From the UHGV virus genome UHGV-0178820: a DNA stretch of 16,682 nt; one strand, given 5' to 3'. Both the position numbers and the translations under genes were made by a program. A model generated the notes under the pieces. That model made no database searches and was not told the origin of the DNA. It was given only the letters and a program-made list of their open reading frames with translations. The stretch's first letter is position 1; each line of letters begins with the position of its first letter. Positions 7,683 to 12,986 of this stretch are shown here, in pieces. Source of the stretch: a virus.

Positions 7683-7903
7683 ATATTGAATTTTATGACT
7701 ATGGGGTTACCGCAAAAATCATTGTCACCTGCTGGTTCTGGGAGTTCCGTCGCTATTGCCGGGTTGTGGATGCGGCGCTGTTTGTAGCCCCTGAAGTGCA
7801 CCATGAGAGCGGTGGCGGTCTTTTAATGAGAACTGTTATCACCGGCAAGACTGTCCCGATGTTACGGGCGTTTAAAGTAGCAAAACATGAGGCGGCGCAG
7901 TGA
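7679..7903 (+). CDS. Hypothetical small protein (74 aa)
   Basis: ATGA start/stop overlap with the upstream gene (7679-7682), suggesting translational coupling. Confidence 0.5.
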   Translation: MNIEFYDYGVTAKIIVTCWFWEFRRYCRVVDAALFVAPEVHHESGGGLLMRTVITGKTVPMLRAFKVAKHEAAQ

Positions 7904-8064
7904 ACCAGCAAACCAGAATAAGCGATAAGAGCCTGACCAGACTGATTGCCGATGCGGACAAGGTGCTGGAGCGGAACACTCCCGTTGCCGATGAGGAATG
8001 GTGGCAGGATTTCCGGGCCGCAATGCTGGAACTTCAGGAACGTCGTCGGGAGGAATTGAAGTGA
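7900..8064 (+). CDS. Possible small ORF (54 aa, GTG start), not in the supplied ORF track
   Basis: GTG 7900 overlaps the upstream stop (GTGA) with GAGG 8 nt upstream; open to TGA 8062-8064. Sequence VNQQTRISDKSLTRLIADADKVLERNTPVADEEWWQDFRAAMLELQERRREELK translated by hand. Confidence 0.35.
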   Translation: MNQQTRISDKSLTRLIADADKVLERNTPVADEEWWQDFRAAMLELQERRREELK

Positions 8065-8153
8065 GTGAATTAAAGTGTCGAATTAATGGCAATCAGATAG
8101 AACCGTGTGCGGTACTGGCAAAAGCACCCGAATATGGAAAAAGGAGGCAACCA

Positions 8154-8651
8154 GTGAGCGAGATTAACTATCAGGCACTGCGTGAGGTGGCAGTGGCCGC
8201 GAAGGGGGATACGACGTGGCAGAACCTACAGGCTTTTCATGCTGCTGCTACGCCGGAGGTTGTGCAGGCGTTGCTGGATGAAAACGAAAGACTGTGTCGC
8301 GATCTGATAGCTCGTAATGGTGAGATTGAAGGGCTTCTGGAGTGGGCAGAAGAACTGGAGGCACGGGAGGTAGCTTTGCCAGTAGCGTCATTCATTGTTG
8401 AAGATGGATGCATGCGTGTTGATGGGTTCAGTAAGTATGTAGGTCACTCGCTACCTGATGGAATGCATGAGCTTTATGCTGCCCCGCCAGCATCGGTAGT
8501 ACCGGAAGGACTAGTTAAAGCAGTGCGTTTCTATGAACAGGTAAAGTGTGAGAATCCGCCAGTCGAAACCGGAGCATGGAAAGACGCGGTTGACTGGGTG
8601 CTCAACGAGGCTTGTCAGGCTGTAAATATTGACGCCAAAGGAGGTGCGTAA
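8154..8651 (+). CDS. Ead/Ea22-like family protein (about 165 aa from GTG 8154; alternative GTG start at 8061)
   Basis: Segment (M/V)SEINYQALREVAVAAKGD...ATPEVVQALLDENERL matches the recalled hallmark N-terminus of lambdoid-phage Ead/Ea22-like proteins. AAAGGAGG SD 6 nt upstream of GTG 8154; GTG 8061 also has GGGAGG upstream and would add 31 residues. Confidence 0.6.
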   Translation: MSEINYQALREVAVAAKGDTTWQNLQAFHAAATPEVVQALLDENERLCRDLIARNGEIEGLLEWAEELEAREVALPVASFIVEDGCMRVDGFSKYVGHSLPDGMHELYAAPPASVVPEGLVKAVRFYEQVKCENPPVETGAWKDAVDWVLNEACQAVNIDAKGGA

Positions 8652-8821
8652 TGCGTGCCGCGTTTATCGGTTTATTACCGTACCCGACTCGTTTTTGGGC
8701 TTCTGCGCTAATTGCAAAGCCGCATACCCTTATGGCTGACAGCATCATCCCGGCACCAAAGCGCCATACCGGTATTGCAGCTGCACGACGCGAAGCAAAG
8801 AAACGCAGGAGAGCAAAATGA
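8651..8821 (+). CDS. Possible small protein (56 aa; hydrophobic N-terminus, basic C-terminus), not in the ORF track
   Basis: TAATG overlap with the Ea22-like gene stop; AAAGGAGG SD 6 nt upstream; hand translation MRAAFIGLLPYPTRFWASALIAKPHTLMADSIIPAPKRHTGIAAARREAKKRRRAK. Confidence 0.4.
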   Translation: MRAAFIGLLPYPTRFWASALIAKPHTLMADSIIPAPKRHTGIAAARREAKKRRRAK

Positions 8822-9003
8822 TGAAAAACCGTAAGGCAAAAATTCTGTTAGCTCGCAGAAACGGCTTTGATGTCTGGCGGTGGGTGAGGATTAGTAACAG
8901 GCGAGTAAGGTTGACGGGGTGTTGCGGGGTGATGGGGCACAGTTGTTGCAAAAAGCCCAGCGCGGCGCAAAACCGCTGGAAGAATCACACTAACGCAAAG
9001 TGA
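8818..9003 (+). CDS. Possible small basic Cys-rich protein (61 aa; CC...CC motif)
   Basis: ATGA overlap with the upstream small ORF; AGGAGA SD 6 nt upstream; very basic with CCGVMGHSCC. Confidence 0.4.
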   Translation: MMKNRKAKILLARRNGFDVWRWVRISNRRVRLTGCCGVMGHSCCKKPSAAQNRWKNHTNAK

Positions 9004-9021
9004 TTAAATAATAACCAATAG

Positions 9022-9068
9022 CAGGCCAAAACATACGTTTTGGTCTGCCAAAAGTAGTGTTTTGGTCA
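9022..9068. promoter_or_regulatory. Two tandem palindromic units (GCCAAAAC-ATAC-GTTTTGGTC and GCCAAAAG-TAGTG-TTTTGGTC); candidate operator or RNA structure
   Basis: Each roughly 22-bp unit is itself an inverted repeat (CCAAAA...TTTTGG) and the two are direct repeats of each other; located in the intergenic gap just upstream of the 9071 gene. Confidence 0.5.
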
Positions 9069-9070
9069 TT

Positions 9071-9349
9071 ATGAAGATTGAACAAGTCGGAATGGCAGCT
9101 TTCAGGCAACAGGCTGAAAGCGGTGGCGTGGATGAGTTCGTCGTGCAGCGGTTCGGTGGTGTGTATCACCTCTTCGCTGTGAATCGCCGCGCCGGGGTGT
9201 CCTATTTTCTACAGGAACGCCGTGGCGATTACAAGACGTGGCTGTCTCTTGACCGTGCCGCCGCGTTCCTGTCGGGGATTGGTGTTTCACGTTTTACCGT
9301 GCGTTTTGAGGATAACAAACATGCTGAAAAAGATGATCGGGGCCATTAA
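9071..9349 (+). CDS. Hypothetical protein (about 92 aa) immediately upstream of and overlapping gemA
   Basis: ORF in frame with track ORF 9062-9349; weak RBS; start uncertain (9062 TTG, 9071 ATG or 9092 ATG). Overlaps gemA by 29 nt in a different frame. Confidence 0.45.
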   Translation: MKIEQVGMAAFRQQAESGGVDEFVVQRFGGVYHLFAVNRRAGVSYFLQERRGDYKTWLSLDRAAAFLSGIGVSRFTVRFEDNKHAEKDDRGH

Positions 9350-9734
9350 AGCCGGTCAGGCATATCTGGGGTGGGATGATGCTCTTTATCGCCAGACACT
9401 GGCCCGCCTGACAGGTAAAACCAGCACCACACGCTGCAACCTCGATGAACTGCGCATCATCCGGGAATACATGCACGAACAGGGATTTCCGCGTAAAGCC
9501 CCCGCCGGTAAAGGTCGCCGCCCCCGTGTGGCAATGAGCAGAAAATCGGTATTATCCAAAATTGAAGCGTTGCTGGCTGATGCCGGTCGTTCCTGGGCAT
9601 ATGCGGAAGGACTGGCATCTCACATGTATAAGCAACATGTGATCGAATGGCTGACAGATGATCAACTGTTCGGGGTGATGGTGGCGCTGACAAAAGACGC
9701 CAGAAAACGAGCCAGAGCAGCACGTAAACAATAA
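9321..9734 (+). CDS. gemA: GemA-like protein (Mu gp16 family, DUF1018)
   Basis: Pattern ...LGWDDALYRQTLARLTGKTSTTRCNLDELRIIREYMHEQGF... matches the recalled GemA signature; GAGGA upstream of ATG 9321; position just before the late activator as in Mu. Confidence 0.75.
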   Translation: MLKKMIGAIKAGQAYLGWDDALYRQTLARLTGKTSTTRCNLDELRIIREYMHEQGFPRKAPAGKGRRPRVAMSRKSVLSKIEALLADAGRSWAYAEGLASHMYKQHVIEWLTDDQLFGVMVALTKDARKRARAARKQ

Positions 9735-9741
9735 AGAATCA

Positions 9742-9766
9742 GCCCCTGCCTTGCAGGGGCTTTTTT
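9742..9766 (+). terminator. Rho-independent terminator after gemA
   Basis: GCCCCTG (9742-9748) / CAGGGGC (9754-9760) stem with 5-nt loop followed by TTTTTT (9761-9766). Confidence 0.8.
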
Positions 9767-9771
9767 GTGGT

Positions 9772-9800
9772 CTGTACAGGCGATCATGTATGGCTATAAT
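9772..9800 (+). promoter_or_regulatory. Candidate sigma70-type promoter for the Mor/C-family gene (-35-like TGTACA, consensus -10 TATAAT at 9795-9800)
   Basis: TATAAT hexamer 30 nt upstream of the ATG with a 4/6 -35 match 17 bp upstream; directly follows the gemA terminator. Confidence 0.5.
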
Positions 9801-9829
9801 AACAGTAAGTTACTACCGGAGACGCCATC

Positions 9830-10297
9830 ATGCAGACCTTCAGTGAAACAGATCTTCGCGATGCGCAGGCACTGCTGCCCGATTCCGTGCAGCAACTGAT
9901 TAGCGTGATTGGCTTCCCCGCCCTGACCCGGTTAATCCGTTCTTTTGGTGGCGTGACGTTAAGCGGTAAAACCGGCGCACACGCAGGACGCACCGGCGGT
10001 GTCCATGCCCTGTTACATGACGTGCTGACCGAAGACGAAATCAACAAACTGATCCGCTTTCTTGGCGGTGCACCGTTTTACATTCCCCGTTGTGATCATG
10101 CTTTACGTGCCCTGCGTAACACCCGTTTTATGGCTGATTTACAGCAGCATGTAAAAGGCGGATGCTCACACCGGCAGGCGCTGGCACTGCTCTGTCCCCG
10201 TTACGGCATTTCAGACCGGTACGCATGGCAACTGATACACCGACGACAAAAACAGACTTCGCTGAAAAGCCCCACCCAGGTGGGGCTTTTTGATTAA
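9830..10297 (+). CDS. Mor/C-family transcriptional activator (middle/late gene activator homologue)
   Basis: C-terminal region FYIPRCDHALRALRN.....GCSHRQALALLCPRYGISDRYAWQLIHR matches the recalled Mu Mor/C pattern (YIPR......R..R, then HTH). Located between gemA and the lysis genes. Confidence 0.75.
   Translation: MQTFSETDLRDAQALLPDSVQQLISVIGFPALTRLIRSFGGVTLSGKTGAHAGRTGGVHALLHDVLTEDEINKLIRFLGGAPFYIPRCDHALRALRNTRFMADLQQHVKGGCSHRQALALLCPRYGISDRYAWQLIHRRQKQTSLKSPTQVGLFD
10268..10291 (+). terminator. Rho-independent terminator overlapping the 3' end of the Mor/C-family gene
   Basis: AGCCCCAC / GTGGGGCT stem followed by TTTTT; the stop codon (10295-10297) lies just after the T-tract, so the hairpin is encoded within the last codons. 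Confidence 0.7.
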
Positions 10298-10324
10298 TGA
10301 GACTCAGAAAAAAGGAGACACGAA

Positions 10325-10612
10325 ATGATGAGTTCTGACACCAATATCGACTACGCAGCACTCGGTGAATATACCGCATTTTCAGACAAGGCCCGGGATG
10401 CAGCCCGTCGCCGACATGCTGAGATGTGTAATTTATCCAGTTATCTGGCGAGACAGGCCCAAAGCCCGGAGTCAGAAACGAATCATAATGAAGTGCTGTC
10501 AGCCGTAAACAGGATGCTGGACGCAGAACGGGAAATGCGTAAAGCCGTGGAAAGAGCTAACCTGCTTGCGCAGGCGTGTTATAAGCCACCATTAAAACTC
10601 GCTTCCCTTTAA
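10325..10612 (+). CDS. Hypothetical protein (95 aa) between the activator and the lysis cassette
   Basis: Consensus SD AAGGAG 9 nt upstream of ATG 10325; helical, charged composition; no family recognised. Confidence 0.6.
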   Translation: MMSSDTNIDYAALGEYTAFSDKARDAARRRHAEMCNLSSYLARQAQSPESETNHNEVLSAVNRMLDAEREMRKAVERANLLAQACYKPPLKLASL

Positions 10613-10630
10613 CCCATCCAGCTAATCAAC

Positions 10631-10659
10631 CTGCCGGGGGTGCTGAACACCCCCAGCAG
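10631..10659 (+). promoter_or_regulatory. GC-rich hairpin/palindrome (GGGGGTG-CTGAA-CACCCCC, extendable to about 11 bp with one mismatch) in the leader upstream of the lysis cassette
   Basis: Inverted repeat without a following T-tract, within a 187-bp intergenic region that has no convincing -35/-10 pair; candidate activator-dependent late promoter element or RNA structure. Confidence 0.4.
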
Positions 10660-10799
10660 TACCCACCACACCAGACCGTTTACCCTGTCCACTCAGACCA
10701 CAAGGCACCTTAAGGGATAGCGCCCTGCAAAAGGCTTATGTGCCTTTGACAGGGTGTTATTTACGGGCCGTCAGTGGCTCAGATTTACAGGAGAAACTC

Positions 10800-11213
10800 A
10801 TGTCTGAACCCTTATCAGGCGGCGGAGCTGTGGCAGTCACCATCGGTGGTGCCAGTGTGTTTGGCCTTCTCACCAATACCGATTTCGGGGTTGTGGTGGG
10901 CGCGTTTGCCGGGGCGCTTTTTGTTGTCACGCAGCAAAAAGAAATCCCGGTATGGCGAATGGCCATCCACCTGCTCGTCGCGTTTGTGGTTGGCGTTCTG
11001 GGGGCTGGCGTGGCTGCGTCACTGATGCAGTGGCTACTCCATTACAACGACAAACCGCTTGATGCATTGTGTGCGGTCGGTGTCTCGGCGTTATCCATCA
11101 AGATACTGACCTTTTTTTATCAGCAGGAAATCAAAGTCCTGCTCGGTATGTTCTCAAAACTGTTCAACCTCGTATCAAAGTTGTGCGGTGGAGGGGGAGA
11201 AAATGGAAAGTAG
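10800..11213 (+). CDS. Putative holin-like membrane protein (about 137 aa, roughly 3 predicted hydrophobic helices)
   Basis: AGGAG 6 nt upstream of ATG 10800; three hydrophobic stretches; first gene of the cluster that contains the endolysin. Confidence 0.55.
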   Translation: MSEPLSGGGAVAVTIGGASVFGLLTNTDFGVVVGAFAGALFVVTQQKEIPVWRMAIHLLVAFVVGVLGAGVAASLMQWLLHYNDKPLDALCAVGVSALSIKILTFFYQQEIKVLLGMFSKLFNLVSKLCGGGGENGK

Positions 11214-11499
11214 TTTTGCCGGTATTGTGAACGTCTGGCTGTGTCTCGCCATTGTTCTGGGGTTGTTTGTGTATCGCCGCCACGGTGCGGCGCATAAGCC
11301 GATGATTACCTGGCTGGCGTACTGGCTGATGCTCGGCTACATCATCATCCCGTTCCGCTGGCTGTCCGGTACATACACGCACTCCAGCTGGCTGGTTGTG
11401 GCGCTGAATCTGGTGTTCTGTGCGCTTATCGTGTGGGCGCACGGGAATTTGTCAAAAATCCTTTCGTTACTGAGGCATCCACATGAAATCAAAAGATGA
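11203..11499 (+). CDS. Small membrane protein (98 aa; possible second holin or antiholin)
   Basis: GGAGGGGG upstream of ATG 11203; hydrophobic helices (IVNVWLCLAIVLGLFVY, WLMLGYIIIPF, WLVVALNLVFCALIVW); overlaps neighbours at both ends. Confidence 0.5.
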   Translation: MESSFAGIVNVWLCLAIVLGLFVYRRHGAAHKPMITWLAYWLMLGYIIIPFRWLSGTYTHSSWLVVALNLVFCALIVWAHGNLSKILSLLRHPHEIKR

Positions 11500-12028
11500 C
11501 ATTTTTGATGAAGTCCTGGGCAAAGAAGGCGGTTACGTCAATCACCCGGATGATAAGGGCGGCCCGACCAAATGGGGCATTACGGAAAAAATCGCCCGTG
11601 CCCACGGATACCGTGGCGATATGCGCGATTTAACCCGCGAACAGGCGCTGGACATCCTTGAAGCCGATTACTGGTACGGTCCGCGATTCGACCAGGTAGC
11701 AGCGTTATCCCCTGATATTGCCGCAGAGCTGTGTGATACCGGTGTGAATATGGGGCCATCCGTGGCGTCCAGAATGCTTCAGCGCTGGCTGAATGTGTTC
11801 AATCTGCGCGGCAGGCTGTACCCGGATATGGACGCAGACGGACGCATCGGGCCTCGTACCATCAGTGCATTGCGCGCCTTCCTGAATAATCGCGGTCAGG
11901 ACGGTGAACGGGTGATGCTGACGGCCCTGAACTGTACGCAGGGGGACCGCTATCTGGAACTGGCGGAGAAACGCGAGGCTAACGAATCGTTTGTTTATGG
12001 CTGGCTGAAGGAGCGCGTGGCGATATGA
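11483..12028 (+). CDS. Endolysin, glycoside hydrolase family 108-like N-terminal domain with peptidoglycan-binding C-terminal domain
   Basis: N-terminal EGGYVNHPDDKGGPTKWGIT matches the recalled GH108 signature; the C-terminal region resembles PG_binding_3-type domains; position after membrane proteins. Confidence 0.8.
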   Translation: MKSKDDIFDEVLGKEGGYVNHPDDKGGPTKWGITEKIARAHGYRGDMRDLTREQALDILEADYWYGPRFDQVAALSPDIAAELCDTGVNMGPSVASRMLQRWLNVFNLRGRLYPDMDADGRIGPRTISALRAFLNNRGQDGERVMLTALNCTQGDRYLELAEKREANESFVYGWLKERVAI

Positions 12029-12207
12029 CGCGTCAGCACTGGACCCACAGAACGCCACGTAAAGCCGCGCGCTGTGTTCTGGCCCTGTTTCTGGTGATGT
12101 TGCTTCCGGTGAGATGCACAGACATTAACAGAACGGGACAGCTGTTAGACGCGGCGGCGCAGGTCTGCCGGATTATTGACGGCATCCGACAGTGTTCGCA
12201 GAACTGA
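12025..12207 (+). CDS. Small membrane-anchored protein (60 aa), possible spanin-like lysis accessory protein
   Basis: ATGA overlap with the endolysin stop; basic N-terminus, hydrophobic segment CVLALFLVMLLPV, then a segment with 3 Cys. No canonical lipobox. Confidence 0.35.
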   Translation: MTRQHWTHRTPRKAARCVLALFLVMLLPVRCTDINRTGQLLDAAAQVCRIIDGIRQCSQN

Positions 12208-12227
12208 TTTTTTGAAGGTCTGACACA

Positions 12228-12434
12228 GTGAGCATTATCAGATTTACGGAATACACAGGTTCAGGAGGTGCTGGCGCTGTCATGGTGCTCGCTGAACGCA
12301 TCACCCATTTTTACCGTCAGTACGGTACACATGATGGCACAGTCATTGAACTGGATACCGGGAAAAACGTGTTCGTTCTTGAAAATCCCGACGAAGTTCA
12401 GCGCAGGATTGAACAGGCTCAGAAGGACACTTAA
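12228..12434 (+). CDS. Hypothetical small protein (68 aa, GTG start)
   Basis: GAAGG 9 nt upstream of GTG 12228; its stop overlaps the start of the small terminase gene (TAATG). Confidence 0.4.
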   Translation: MSIIRFTEYTGSGGAGAVMVLAERITHFYRQYGTHDGTVIELDTGKNVFVLENPDEVQRRIEQAQKDT

Positions 12435-12934
12435 TGGCGTGGTCACAGGATATCAGGGACAAAGTCCGTAACGGGTACATCTTTGACCAGCTTCCGCTGG
12501 ATATCGTCGCCATGAAATACGCCGTGCCGCACGACACCGCGCGGCGCTGGAAAACGCAGGCGATGAAGAACGGCGACGACTGGGACAAGCTGCGGGCCGC
12601 GCACGCGCTCGCCGGTGACGGGCTGGAAAGTGTCGCCCGCACCGTGCTTATCAGTCTGGTGGTGAAGTGTCAGACGACGCTTGAACGGCTGAACCAGAAC
12701 CCGGACATCCCGCCGCAGGAGTCCGTCGAACTGCTGGCGAGTCTGTCTGACAGTCTCAGTAAGGCGGTGGCCAGCAGTAAAAAAATCCTGCCGGAAACCG
12801 ACCGGCTCGCCACGGCACTGGAAGTGGTGCAGCGGCTCGGCGCGTTCATCAAGGAGCGTCACCCGGCACAGTATGCCCCGTTTCTTGAGGTGCTTGAAGG
12901 CTTCGCTAAAGAGCTTGAGGATAATTTCAGTTAA
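12434..12934 (+). CDS. Putative terminase small subunit / DNA-binding protein (Mu gp27-like, DUF1804-like)
   Basis: N-terminal HTH-like region (DIRDKVRNGYIFDQLPLDIVAMKYAVPHDTARRWK) and position directly upstream of the large terminase, as for Mu gp27. Confidence 0.65.
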   Translation: MAWSQDIRDKVRNGYIFDQLPLDIVAMKYAVPHDTARRWKTQAMKNGDDWDKLRAAHALAGDGLESVARTVLISLVVKCQTTLERLNQNPDIPPQESVELLASLSDSLSKAVASSKKILPETDRLATALEVVQRLGAFIKERHPAQYAPFLEVLEGFAKELEDNFS

Positions 12935-12940
12935 CCACAG

Positions 12941-12960
12941 CGGCCCGGTTTTCCGGGCCG
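12941..12960 (+). terminator. Strong GC hairpin (CGGCCCGG-TTTT-CCGGGCCG) between small and large terminase genes; terminator- or attenuator-like
   Basis: Perfect 8-bp GC stem with a 4-nt loop, followed by TCTGATATTT (weak T-tract); sits in the 52-nt gap before terL. Confidence 0.4.
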
Positions 12961-12986
12961 TCTGATATTTGTATACCAGGTGTGAC

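Noticed and set aside
4387-8651. Searching the early accessory region for a Mu Gam (Ku-like) host-nuclease inhibitor or a kil homologue
   Set aside because: No product matched what I recall of Mu Gam; the 214-aa protein at 5243-5887 looks DUF3164-like instead. Absence cannot be confirmed without profile searches.
8745-8951. 68-aa minus-strand ORF in the 8651-9003 region
   Set aside because: The plus-strand small ORFs have consensus SDs and coupled junctions; the minus ORF has no evident RBS and a low-complexity product. Low certainty either way.
12969-12986. TTG start at 12969 for the large terminase, and GTG 1147 for ner
   Set aside because: Both are the longest-ORF starts but lack SD support; the downstream GTG 12987 and ATG 1183 have better-placed SD-like motifs. 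The ner GTG also lies inside the operator palindrome.
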